Of a stretch of DNA of 64,000 nucleotides, positions 28,679-38,652 are shown piece after piece. The DNA comes from a virus. Position 1 is the first letter of the stretch. Each line of letters begins with the position of its first letter. Made by a program: the position numbers and the translations under genes. Where the stretch lies: positions 1-64,000 of IMG/VR virus record IMGVR_UViG_3300030085_004825, one strand, 5' to 3'. Under the pieces are notes generated by a model that ran no database searches, was not told where the DNA came from, and saw only the letters and a list, made by a program, of their open reading frames with translations.

Positions 28679-31600
28679 ATGGATAAGTTTAATTTAAAAG
28701 AATATCTTTATAATAATCCACTTTATTCTACTTCTTCTCAAAATATAGAAGAAAAAAATTTAGTAGAAGCTTTAGCTCTTATAAAAGAATTAGGTTTAAA
28801 CGTTGATAATAAAATTCTAAATGAAGGTTTAAAAGATTTTGTAAGTAATGTTAAATCTAAACTAAAAGACTTAAAACCCACAGAACGTTTATTAGCTACT
28901 TTATTTGCTAAAATAAAAAAAGGTTTACCAAAAGAAGTTAACATAAAAAAATTCCTTACTAATTTAAATCAATGGGCTAAAGAAAATAAAGGGAAAATAA
29001 CAAATGAAACTCTTAAAGATTTTCTTTCTACCCAAGATAGTAAAGAACTAAACGAAATAATCCTCTCAGATACTGCTAGTAAAGTAGGTAGTTGGTTTTT
29101 ATTAACTCTAAAAACAACTGCTTTAGTTTTATCACTTCTTACTCCTGCCACAGCTCAATCTTCTATAGATGATTCTGAACAAGATATTAAAAAAATAGAA
29201 ATTTCAGCAGACGATTCAGGTGAATCTTTAGAAGGTGGAGATTCTATTAATAGTGAAGATGTAGCTAAAGAACTTAATGTCCAAGATAAAATCCAAGATC
29301 TTATATCCACAGACTCAGAATCTGACGCTGTTAAAATTTCTTTTGATACTGGAGAATTTAAAACTAATACTGATTCTTATGGTAATGATATATTTAAGAT
29401 GTTAGAAAATGATCTTAAGAATACTAAAAACATAGGAGAAGATGGAGAAGGATATAGCATTGATCTTGAACACTCTGGAAACATATCCAACACACCAGGA
29501 GCCCAAGATGATAACCCAGATGGTCCTGATAAAACAGGTTTAGGAGATAAAAGAAATCAAGCTGCTAAAGAAGGCGCTGAAAAAGGGGTTAAAGAATTTT
29601 TAAAAAAATACCCTAAAGCTAAAGTAAAAATTATTGATGGGGGAACAAATGTAAGTGATCCTGGAGAAGAAGTAGATTTTGATTCTTCTGAAGCTAAAGA
29701 TAAACAAACTTCAATTGTAAAAATAACTAATAAAGATATCCCTCAAGATCAAGATCAAGAATCTGATTCAAAACCTATAGCTTCCCCTGAAGATTTAACT
29801 GCTTTTTATGCTGATAAACCTGTATATAATGGTAGTAGATATATGTCTATTTTATTTCATATTTTACCTAGAATAACAGATAGAGAATCTTTTGAATCTG
29901 TTATTAAAACTATAGGAATAAAAAAAGGAGAAGTAATTAGTGATAGTTTTATAAAAAGAAAATTAGCTGAATTAGAAAAAAAGAAATCAGAAAAAGGAGC
30001 TAACCAAGAAGAAATAGATAATGCTATTAAAACTTTATATTGGACTCGATCTTCTAAAAAAGCTCCATCTACTCTTCTTAATCAATTAAAAAAATTAACA
30101 GATAAAGACCCTAAATTAAAGGATAAAATAGGAGATAGACAAAAATATATTCTCACTAAACCTGGAAAAGCAGGACAAGCTGCCGTTTTAAGAGGAACAG
30201 GAGAAAAAATAGGAGATAAACAAAAAGTTGGCCCACAAATAGGTACAACTAAAAAAGGAGACGATTTAATGGAAACAGTTTCTCTTTTATCTCTTTTATT
30301 AGAAGCTAAAAGTGATTTTGATTATTTACCTTTTTATAAAGAAGATATAGCCACCCAAAATTTAGGTTTTCTTATACCATTTTATGCTGGCATTTGGCCA
30401 GGTGAAGATGAAGATTATATAGCTAGTGCTTTAGATGTTTTTGCTGATAATAGTAAAGATAATTCTTATAAAAGCAGTTTTAGAGAATTTACTAAATTTC
30501 CTGCTTTAACTCAAATTATAAATGATAAATATAAAAAGTTTGATAAAGATCTTTCTAAAACTCAAGATAAAAAACAAGAACCATCTAAAGATGTTAAGAG
30601 AAAAACTATCCCTGCTTCTAAATTATATAATATTATACAAACTACAACCGATGGTAAAGTTACAGTTTACTGGGGAAAGAATAAAAAAGATGAAGATTGG
30701 ATAAATTTAAAAACTGTAAATAATAAAGATTTAAACCCTGAAAAAGATGTAGCTCAATTTATAGGGCCTAATACTAAAATTGATAAAAAATCTGTAACAC
30801 TTTATAGAGATTTTGATACTAAAGATACTCCTACACAAAAAGATGTAGTCGATATAGATAAAAAATTAGATTCTAAAAAGAATATTGATAAATCTTTTAA
30901 ATTTGTAAACAATAAAGAGGAATTAGAAGATTTATTAATATTATTATTATCTAAAGTTAGTGATGAAAATGATGTAGATTCAAAAACTATAAAAAATTAT
31001 CTTCTTCAAATTGTACAAAGATTAGATGCTAAAGGAGAACCTGAACCCTCATCTACATCAACCTCTGGTACTAAAATAACATATGATTACGTGAAAGAAG
31101 ATAATACTAAAGATGTTGAAAGAGTTAATAAAAATATATCTAACTTTACAGCCCTAAACCCAGCAACAGCTAAAATTAATACTAGAGAAGAAATAATCCA
31201 ATACATACTTAGAGTAATCCTCCCAGAATTAAATCCACAATTTTTAAAAAAATCAAGTGATATAAAACAAGCGATTAGGAATGCTTTAAAAAATTATCCT
31301 AGTAAAGAAAACTTAAATGAAGCGTTTACTCCTGAAGAGTCTAAAAAAATATATGATAACTTTTTATCTATAATTGCAACTCGAAGAAACAAATTAGTTA
31401 AAAATTATGGCCCTGAAGCTGAAAAAGTAGCATATGCTACAGCTGTTAAACAAATTAATAAAAAAGCAAAAGAAAAACCTATGGAAAAAGAAATTGAAGA
31501 AGGTACTTGTGGGTATGGTATAGATGGAGAAATTGGAGATACACCAGCTGGCCCAGATATGATGATTAAACTTAAAGAAATGGTTAAAGATGCTTTAAAA

Positions 31601-32038
31601 AAACCCGTATCTGAAAAGTTTACTTCAAAACATGATGATAAATTTGATGATAAACGTAAGAATTTACCTGATGGTTTACAAAAAGCTATCTTAAAAAAAC
31701 AAGGCAAATTAGATGAAGATTTAGACATAGGCCACCAAGACGATGAACCGGGTATGCTAAAAGCAGATTTATATCGTATTGGAAAATATGCTATGGAACT
31801 TTATAAAATGGTTGATAAGTTTGATAAAATGGATAGTGAAGTAGATTTCCCACATTGGTGGCAATCAAAAATATCCAAATCAAGAGGTATGTTAGTTGCT
31901 GCTAAACACTATCTTGATTTTGAAATGAAAGAACCTCAAATTGATGCAATGGTAGATGTTGCAAGTGAGGAAGGAGTAATTGATGAATCTAAGACTAAAA
32001 AACTAGCTGAAGCTATATTTAATAAACTTAGATCATGA
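28679..32038 (+). CDS. 1119 aa modular probable internal head/ejection protein
   Basis: N-terminal FNLKEYL; many LNE/LLE/IEE/LDE sites; internal hydrophobic segment. Confidence 0.75.
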   Translation: MDKFNLKEYLYNNPLYSTSSQNIEEKNLVEALALIKELGLNVDNKILNEGLKDFVSNVKSKLKDLKPTERLLATLFAKIKKGLPKEVNIKKFLTNLNQWAKENKGKITNETLKDFLSTQDSKELNEIILSDTASKVGSWFLLTLKTTALVLSLLTPATAQSSIDDSEQDIKKIEISADDSGESLEGGDSINSEDVAKELNVQDKIQDLISTDSESDAVKISFDTGEFKTNTDSYGNDIFKMLENDLKNTKNIGEDGEGYSIDLEHSGNISNTPGAQDDNPDGPDKTGLGDKRNQAAKEGAEKGVKEFLKKYPKAKVKIIDGGTNVSDPGEEVDFDSSEAKDKQTSIVKITNKDIPQDQDQESDSKPIASPEDLTAFYADKPVYNGSRYMSILFHILPRITDRESFESVIKTIGIKKGEVISDSFIKRKLAELEKKKSEKGANQEEIDNAIKTLYWTRSSKKAPSTLLNQLKKLTDKDPKLKDKIGDRQKYILTKPGKAGQAAVLRGTGEKIGDKQKVGPQIGTTKKGDDLMETVSLLSLLLEAKSDFDYLPFYKEDIATQNLGFLIPFYAGIWPGEDEDYIASALDVFADNSKDNSYKSSFREFTKFPALTQIINDKYKKFDKDLSKTQDKKQEPSKDVKRKTIPASKLYNIIQTTTDGKVTVYWGKNKKDEDWINLKTVNNKDLNPEKDVAQFIGPNTKIDKKSVTLYRDFDTKDTPTQKDVVDIDKKLDSKKNIDKSFKFVNNKEELEDLLILLLSKVSDENDVDSKTIKNYLLQIVQRLDAKGEPEPSSTSTSGTKITYDYVKEDNTKDVERVNKNISNFTALNPATAKINTREEIIQYILRVILPELNPQFLKKSSDIKQAIRNALKNYPSKENLNEAFTPEESKKIYDNFLSIIATRRNKLVKNYGPEAEKVAYATAVKQINKKAKEKPMEKEIEEGTCGYGIDGEIGDTPAGPDMMIKLKEMVKDALKKPVSEKFTSKHDDKFDDKRKNLPDGLQKAILKKQGKLDEDLDIGHQDDEPGMLKADLYRIGKYAMELYKMVDKFDKMDSEVDFPHWWQSKISKSRGMLVAAKHYLDFEMKEPQIDAMVDVASEEGVIDESKTKKLAEAIFNKLRS

Positions 32039-32499
32039 CAAGAGAAGCACTACAAAATAGATTAAAAATTTTAATTAAACAAGTGTATGCTAATAAAAGA
32101 ATTACACCTGAAGAAGCTGTTCAATATGATGAATTGACTAAGTTTCCTGAATTAAAAGCTGTTATTGTAGATCTTTTAACACCTGAATATGATAATTTTG
32201 TAGCTTCAATTGATTGGGTTGCACCACGCCCTTCTACATTTAGAATTAATTTAAAAAATGATCAACTATTCTATTTAATTTATGGTAAAAGAAGTTTTAT
32301 TGCTCAAGTTGAAGGCAAAAAATATTACTTATTAAATCTCCCTGAAGAACAACATGCTGCAGAAGCTATTGCTCGCATTTTAAGATTTGGAACCCCAGTA
32401 GATGAAGAAAATACTGATAATTTAGGTGATAGTCCTGAAGAAGATTCTCCCCCACCTCCTCCAACAGAAGAAGATACAACAGAAGAACCTGAAACATAA
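32035..32499 (+). CDS. hypothetical protein, acidic Pro-rich tail
   Basis: 154 aa, coupled by ATGA overlap. Confidence 0.8.
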   Translation: MTREALQNRLKILIKQVYANKRITPEEAVQYDELTKFPELKAVIVDLLTPEYDNFVASIDWVAPRPSTFRINLKNDQLFYLIYGKRSFIAQVEGKKYYLLNLPEEQHAAEAIARILRFGTPVDEENTDNLGDSPEEDSPPPPPTEEDTTEEPET

Positions 32500-32503
32500 T
32501 ATT

Positions 32504-32947
32504 ATGAAAAATTTTGATTTAAAAAAGTTTATAAAAGAAGGTAAATTATATGAAGCAGCAATGGCTTGTCCTACTGCTACTCAAAATCTTGAATTAAATA
32601 CCAAAAATAGAGATGCTTCCATCCAAGCAGAATACATCCAGTATGGTCCACTAAATGTAGATGAACCAGGAGACTATTGGAAAGATATAGCTGAATATTG
32701 GAATACAACAGAAGAAGCAGCTAGAAAATCATTATGTGGTAATTGTGTTGCTTTTGATATCTCTCCTAGAATGGATGAATGCATGCCCGGCCAAACATCA
32801 GATAAAGATGGAAGATTAGGATATTGTTGGATGCACCACTTTAAATGTCATTCTGCAAGAAGTTGTAGAACTTGGGCTAAAGGTGGTCCCATTGTAAAAG
32901 ATAGTGTATCTTATGACTGGCAAGAAAGAAACGCAGATAAAGTATAA
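32504..32947 (+). CDS. Cys-rich protein, HiPIP-like spacing (start revised from 32426)
   Basis: MKNFDLKKFIKE start; CGNC..C..GYC..C..C..W. Confidence 0.75.
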   Translation: MKNFDLKKFIKEGKLYEAAMACPTATQNLELNTKNRDASIQAEYIQYGPLNVDEPGDYWKDIAEYWNTTEEAARKSLCGNCVAFDISPRMDECMPGQTSDKDGRLGYCWMHHFKCHSARSCRTWAKGGPIVKDSVSYDWQERNADKV

Positions 32948-33870
32948 TGGATATTTTAGATAAATTTTTACATAGTATAGCTTATAAGTTTCCTAAAGGG
33001 TATCCTAATATGGATAATCCTAAAGATAAAATTATACTTGAAAATGAATTTAAAAAAATAGGAGTAAGTCTACAAGAACTTACACAGGATGAACATTATA
33101 ACACTCGAAAAAAAGAAAGAGGAGAAGATATTTTATCTATTACTAATTTAAATCAAAAAATGTTAGGAGATAAATATACTGTTAAAGAAATTACTCCTAT
33201 TATCATAGATAAAATTAAAACTGAATTGCAAAAAAGATTATCATATTTTGAAAAAATGAATAATTTTTCTGCTTCTTTTAAAGAAACTATTGGTTATAAA
33301 ATTTTAAAACCTATACTAAAAATAAATGGTAATGAATATGAATTATCTTTAAAAACCCAATATAGTAAAGGTAAAGATAAACAAGGAGAACCTATAATGA
33401 AAGATAATATAGGAACAACTTACATTCTTACTATTTCAAATGATGAATTACTTACTTTACTACTTTACCCAACAATGGATGATTCTAGTATAGAAGATAG
33501 TTTAGAATCTCATGAAAAAAGAAAAGAAAAATCTAAAGGGGTTAGACTATTAACCTTAGGGGATTTTGAATATATTATAGACCTAGATGAACCAGTTAAA
33601 AAACCTGATGAAAAAATTAATTTAGGTGATTTAGATTATAAAGTAAAAGCATCATATAGAAAAGGTTCTACTTTTACTCACAATAAATATGGTGTTGGGG
33701 AGGTAGTTAATGCTGCTTCTGCTGGTACAAGAGCAGGTGAACCTGATAGTAGAGGGATAGTAGATTGGGTTGAAGTAGATTTTGGAAAACCTTATCTTGC
33801 TAGTGGGGAATTAAAGAAAACTCGTATTATAAAAAATGTTTATACTACTTTATCTCCATTAATTTCCTAA
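32947..33870 (+). CDS. hypothetical protein with C-terminal UvrD/PcrA-type Tudor-like domain
   Basis: YRKGSTFTHNKYGVGEVV...VEVDF. Confidence 0.7.
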   Translation: MDILDKFLHSIAYKFPKGYPNMDNPKDKIILENEFKKIGVSLQELTQDEHYNTRKKERGEDILSITNLNQKMLGDKYTVKEITPIIIDKIKTELQKRLSYFEKMNNFSASFKETIGYKILKPILKINGNEYELSLKTQYSKGKDKQGEPIMKDNIGTTYILTISNDELLTLLLYPTMDDSSIEDSLESHEKRKEKSKGVRLLTLGDFEYIIDLDEPVKKPDEKINLGDLDYKVKASYRKGSTFTHNKYGVGEVVNAASAGTRAGEPDSRGIVDWVEVDFGKPYLASGELKKTRIIKNVYTTLSPLIS

Positions 33871-33876
33871 ATAAAA

Positions 33877-33908
33877 TTTGGATCCTTAAAAAAATAGATG
33901 TATATTCA
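33877..33908 (+). promoter_or_regulatory. host-type (Bacteroidota -33/-7) promoter
   Basis: TTTG-N20-TATATTCA versus consensus TTTG-N19-21-TAnnTTTG. Confidence 0.55.
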
Positions 33909-33926
33909 TTTAAAATCTATTAGATT

Positions 33927-35024
33927 ATGAAAACAAAAACAAAATCCCTATCATCAGAGATTACTGATAGGATAGTAACAGTAGATGGACTTTTAGAAGC
34001 CCATAATATATCTTTAGATAACTGGGATATAGAAAAACAAATAGTAAATACTTGGGAAGTAGGAACTAAAGGCCCTGATGGTAATATATTAACTACTCCT
34101 TTATTTCAAGTTAAAATTTGGTTAAATAGTAAAACTGAACCCATTGTAAAAAATATTAGAGAAGAATTTATAGAAGATTTAAAAAAGTTATCACCCAAAA
34201 TAGAAAAGATTAAATATAAATCTAAAATAGATAAAGATCCTTTATTACTTGAATTAAACATATTTGATTTACATTTAGGTAAAATCTCCTGGTCTGAAGA
34301 AACAAATCAAGAATATAATTTAGAAGTAGCTAGTGATATTTTTAACCAATGTATTGAGGAATTTATTCAAGAAACTTCAAATAAAAATATAGAAAAAATA
34401 GTATTTCCTATTGGAAATGATTTTTTCAACTCAGATAAATCATACCCATTTAATAGTACAACTAAAGGTACACCACAAGAAGAAGATGCTAGATGGCAAA
34501 AAACATTTCGTTTAGGTAGACAACTTCTTGTAAATGCTATAAACAAATTAACTAATATAGCTCCTGTAGATGTAATTATGGTACCTGGTAATCATGATTT
34601 TGAAAGAAATTTTTATTTAGGGGATTCATTAGAAGGTTGGTTTTACAACAATAAAAATGTAACTGTAGATAATTCCGCTAATCCAAGAAAGTATTATGAA
34701 TACGGGGAAGTATTAATTGGTTATACGCATGGTAATGAAGAAAAAGTAATAGATTTACCATTAATAATGGCAAATGAGAAACCTAAAGAATGGGCTATGT
34801 CTACTTTTAGAGAATTTCATTTAGGTCATGAACATCGCAAAAAAGAAATTAAATTTAAATCTACTGAAGAATATCAAGGGGTAGTTATCAGATATTTTAA
34901 TTCCCTTTCAGCTACTGATTCTTGGCACCATAAAAGAGGATATATAGGAGCTAAAAGGTCTGCTGAAGCATTACTTTGGGATAAAACAAAAGGTTTAAAA
35001 AATAATCTGTATTTTATAGTATAA
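33927..35024 (+). CDS. calcineurin-like metallophosphoesterase
   Basis: DLHLG, GNDFF, PGNHD, THG, GHEH. Confidence 0.88.
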   Translation: MKTKTKSLSSEITDRIVTVDGLLEAHNISLDNWDIEKQIVNTWEVGTKGPDGNILTTPLFQVKIWLNSKTEPIVKNIREEFIEDLKKLSPKIEKIKYKSKIDKDPLLLELNIFDLHLGKISWSEETNQEYNLEVASDIFNQCIEEFIQETSNKNIEKIVFPIGNDFFNSDKSYPFNSTTKGTPQEEDARWQKTFRLGRQLLVNAINKLTNIAPVDVIMVPGNHDFERNFYLGDSLEGWFYNNKNVTVDNSANPRKYYEYGEVLIGYTHGNEEKVIDLPLIMANEKPKEWAMSTFREFHLGHEHRKKEIKFKSTEEYQGVVIRYFNSLSATDSWHHKRGYIGAKRSAEALLWDKTKGLKNNLYFIV

Positions 35025-35060
35025 TTTCTAACTTTCTTCTTTTTCTTAGTATTTATAACT

Positions 35061-35918
35061 ATGGAACGATTAACTAATCTTATAAAAGAAGTATTATCCA
35101 CCAAACCAAAAGAAAAAGAAGGTTGTAATTGTGGGTGTGGTGGCTGTGATAAACCAGCTTCTAAAGGTATAACTTTAAATGAAAGTATAGCCCCCAAACA
35201 AATACTATCAGAAAATCTTCAATATCACGTACAAAATAAACTACCTTTAACTGAAAACACATTCCGTTATGGTTCTGAATCGTTTATTAATTTATGGGCA
35301 GAAGCTCGTTCTTTATACTTACGTGAAATTATTAATGTAAATGAAGATGATAAAGAAATTTTAAAAGAAACTGATTTAGGCAATTATGGAATATATGAAA
35401 ATATTAAAGTGCCCTTAGATATGCCTCTTTCAGTTAGAGCCAATGAAGTTCCTTTAATGAATATTTTAAGAAGAGCTGAAGAAAAAGGTCAAGAAGGATA
35501 CCCATTTTATAGAGAATTAGCTGATGAATTAAGACAAGAATCTATAGATTTGAACCGAGTTAAAGAAGTTTTAAGGGATTATGGTGTGTATTATGAATAT
35601 GAAGATCTTTTAAACTTAAATGAAGCAGCTAAAAAGAAAAAGAAAAAAGACCCACCTATAGGAAAACCAAAACGTGGGGGTTCTAAAGCATATTATGTTT
35701 ATGTTAGAGACCCTAAAACTAAAAAAGTAAAAAAAGTTTCATTTGGTTCTGGTGGGTTAAAAGCAAAAATTAATAACCCCAAAGCTAGAAAAGCATTTGC
35801 AGCTAGACATAAATGTGCTCAAAAGAAAGATAAAACAAAAGCATCATATTGGTCTTGTAGATTGCCTCGCTATGCTAAATTATTAGGTTTAAAATCATCC
35901 TTTAGTGGATTTTGGTAA
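35061..35918 (+). CDS. probable internal head protein with basic C-terminal module
   Basis: LTNLIKE start; LNE then KKKKK..KVKKVSFG..RHKC..YWSC. Confidence 0.75.
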   Translation: MERLTNLIKEVLSTKPKEKEGCNCGCGGCDKPASKGITLNESIAPKQILSENLQYHVQNKLPLTENTFRYGSESFINLWAEARSLYLREIINVNEDDKEILKETDLGNYGIYENIKVPLDMPLSVRANEVPLMNILRRAEEKGQEGYPFYRELADELRQESIDLNRVKEVLRDYGVYYEYEDLLNLNEAAKKKKKKDPPIGKPKRGGSKAYYVYVRDPKTKKVKKVSFGSGGLKAKINNPKARKAFAARHKCAQKKDKTKASYWSCRLPRYAKLLGLKSSFSGFW

Positions 35919-35919
35919 A

Positions 35920-36354
35920 ATGGATAGATTAGAAAAAATAATTAAAGAAGTTCTTACTGAAAAAAAGAAAAAACGAGATAGATGCTTACGCATTGCTGAC
36001 CGTAAATTTAAAAAACCTTCAGCTTACAAATCAGGAGCTGTAGTTAGATGTAGAAAAGGGTCTATTTGGAAAGGATTAAAAGAAGAACAAATACGTGAAG
36101 TAGTTAAAGAATCTTTACGTGATTGGTTTAAAAAAGAAAAATGGGTTCGTATTAACACATCAGGTAATATAACTGGTCCTTGTGGTACAATGAAAAAAGG
36201 TAAAGCTACAACTCGTTGTTTACCTAAAGCTAAAGCACAATCTTTAACTAAAGCTGAAAGAAAATCAACTGTAGCTAAAAAAGTTAGAGGAGGTAAAAAA
36301 GGTAAACAATTTGTAAAAAATACTAAAAAAGCTGAATATAAAAAGAAGTCTTGA
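35920..36354 (+). CDS. highly basic probable internal head protein (start revised from 35905)
   Basis: MDRLEKIIKEVLTE; two basic Cys-containing modules. Confidence 0.75.
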   Translation: MDRLEKIIKEVLTEKKKKRDRCLRIADRKFKKPSAYKSGAVVRCRKGSIWKGLKEEQIREVVKESLRDWFKKEKWVRINTSGNITGPCGTMKKGKATTRCLPKAKAQSLTKAERKSTVAKKVRGGKKGKQFVKNTKKAEYKKKS

Positions 36355-36611
36355 AACCCTACATTGATATAGAAGTTACAGATTCCTATATTATTCGTGA
36401 ATTTTCTGAAAATATAGATCCAATAGAATTGTTATGGCATCGTGATGATGAAGATAGAACTTTAGAAATCCTTGGAGAAACAGATTGGAAAATACAACTT
36501 GATAACGAATTGCCAACTTCGTTAAATCAACCGATATTTATACCAAGACACCATTGGCATCGTGTCATAAAAGGAAATAATAAATTAAAATTAAAAATAT
36601 ATAAAAAGTGA
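36351..36611 (+). CDS. cupin-like protein (TTG start)
   Basis: WHRD...IFIPRHHWHRVIKG. Confidence 0.7.
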   Translation: MKPYIDIEVTDSYIIREFSENIDPIELLWHRDDEDRTLEILGETDWKIQLDNELPTSLNQPIFIPRHHWHRVIKGNNKLKLKIYKK

Positions 36612-38650
36612 TATTAGACTGGAGAAATTTTGTGTTACGAAGTGATATAAAAAATTTACCTTTAGAGGAGCAGAGAAGAAAATTTTTAAAAGAACAGTTA
36701 GATCATGATAACCTTTTAAGTGAACAAAAACAGAGACAATATGAATTTTATATGTCTCAAATGCAATCCAAAGGAGGAGCAGCAGGAGGAGGTGGGTTTA
36801 CTGGTAATGCAAGTGATGGCCCTATTGCTGGAGCAACTGTAACCAGTAATATTGGAACTACAACTACTGACACATTAGGAAATTTTACCTTCCCAACAAC
36901 CCCTACCTCAGAAATAACAGTAACAGGTGGTACTGATTCTATTACAGGAGTAGCATTTACAGGAGAGCTAAAAGGATTTCCTCAATTTAAAACTGTTTCT
37001 CCATTAACTACATTAGCATTTCATTTAAAAGAAGAGGATGCAAGTCTAACTGCTGATTCAGCTGTGGATCTTTTATTTGCTAGTTCAAGCACATTGTTTG
37101 GAATAGAATTAGAAGTAGCAGACAAAGATATAATGCTTAATAAGGACTATGTAGCAGAATCAATACTAGAAGACAACCAAAAAGCTATTGCGGCTCAATC
37201 AATAGCAACGTATTTAGAGAGTGTTACTGAGATGGTAGGTAGTGCAGTTAAAAGTGCAGATGAAAGTGCAAAAGGATCAAACTTTACAGTTAATAGTGCT
37301 AAAGTTCAAGGCTATAAATCTATTGCCCGGCAAATACAACAAACGAGAGGAGCTAAAACTGAAATAGATCCTGAAGGACTATTTGATCTTGTTCAACGAC
37401 CAGATGGTCAATCTTTTACAAGGGGTAATACTGGAAGTCTTGATATAACAGCACGTCGAACTGTTAAAACATCGATAAATAATGTACGTACACAATTAGC
37501 AGAATTATCAAGATCTGAATTATATAATGCTAATTATTTAACAACACAAATACAAGCAGTTAACAGAGGTGTAAAAGAAGATTATAAAGTTCAAGCAGAA
37601 AGATTAGCCCGAGGTGATTCATCTAATTTTAAAAGCATAAACCAGATAGTAACTGAATCTACAGGAAGTTTGGCTCAAATTGAAAAAGATAAACCAAATG
37701 AAACAGATGCTAATACATCTAAAAAACCATCACGTGAATTTTTCCAATTAGGTGGAATGACTTACACAATGCAAGAAAAAGGACAAGATGCTGTTACACT
37801 TTCATTTAAAAGTGATCCTGGTCAAATGTTTGTAGTAGGAACTGAAATACGAAAAGGACAATTTTTAAACAATGATTCTGGCCCATTTAGACCAAATGAA
37901 GCTGGTAATTTTGTAAAAGCTGCGCCAACTATCATAGCAACACAAGTTACTGCATCAAGTGGTAAAGTATATGAAATAACATTGGCTAATCCTGGATTCC
38001 AAGTATTATCATCTCAATTAAAAGACGCAATAAAATATTTACCTGTTGCTACAGGTGGTTATACAATGCAAACTGAAAATAAAATCGGATGGTCAAACGC
38101 CGCAACACAGCCATTTACAGCTTCAATTGCTGCAAACCAAACAAAATCATCAGCTACTATCTCAGATAAAATTGGTAGCACACTTTATGAAATAGAATAC
38201 AATTCAGGAACAAGTCGATATGAATTTTCAACCACTCCACAGAAAGGAACAAAAACATTACATGCACATATTGCTGATTTTACTAATGAAGCACAATGGA
38301 CTAGTATTGGAAACCCAACTCCACCTGGTATAAGATTTCAAATTAATAATTTTGACACTCATCATATATCTGATAATGGTAGATATAGTATATCAGCCGG
38401 CGGAACAGCAGAAGTAATGTCTAATAAAACATTTAAATTAGGAGGCAGAATTTTAGAAGCTACGCTTACTGTTGGAAAAAGTAAAGTTAATATAGCATTA
38501 GTCCCAACTGATGGTACAAATGCACCTAATGGCCCCTTTACATTTAGAGTTGGATTAGGTAATGTAACAACAACAGCACAATTTACAAACAATGTACTTA
38601 CTGTTGTAGATGAAGACACTACATACACAATAACATATACACCTAAATAA
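36608..38650 (+). CDS. 680 aa protein with extracellular-type beta domains (GTG start)
   Basis: Helical N-terminus, GGAAGGGG linker, DGPIAGATV..TTD..GNF..GGTD..SPLTTL. Confidence 0.7.
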   Translation: MILDWRNFVLRSDIKNLPLEEQRRKFLKEQLDHDNLLSEQKQRQYEFYMSQMQSKGGAAGGGGFTGNASDGPIAGATVTSNIGTTTTDTLGNFTFPTTPTSEITVTGGTDSITGVAFTGELKGFPQFKTVSPLTTLAFHLKEEDASLTADSAVDLLFASSSTLFGIELEVADKDIMLNKDYVAESILEDNQKAIAAQSIATYLESVTEMVGSAVKSADESAKGSNFTVNSAKVQGYKSIARQIQQTRGAKTEIDPEGLFDLVQRPDGQSFTRGNTGSLDITARRTVKTSINNVRTQLAELSRSELYNANYLTTQIQAVNRGVKEDYKVQAERLARGDSSNFKSINQIVTESTGSLAQIEKDKPNETDANTSKKPSREFFQLGGMTYTMQEKGQDAVTLSFKSDPGQMFVVGTEIRKGQFLNNDSGPFRPNEAGNFVKAAPTIIATQVTASSGKVYEITLANPGFQVLSSQLKDAIKYLPVATGGYTMQTENKIGWSNAATQPFTASIAANQTKSSATISDKIGSTLYEIEYNSGTSRYEFSTTPQKGTKTLHAHIADFTNEAQWTSIGNPTPPGIRFQINNFDTHHISDNGRYSISAGGTAEVMSNKTFKLGGRILEATLTVGKSKVNIALVPTDGTNAPNGPFTFRVGLGNVTTTAQFTNNVLTVVDEDTTYTITYTPK

Positions 38651-38652
38651 TT

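Noticed and set aside
30522-30704. Alternative-frame 60 aa ORF inside the 1119 aa gene
   Set aside because: Fully nested, no start signal, and composition expected from an off-frame read
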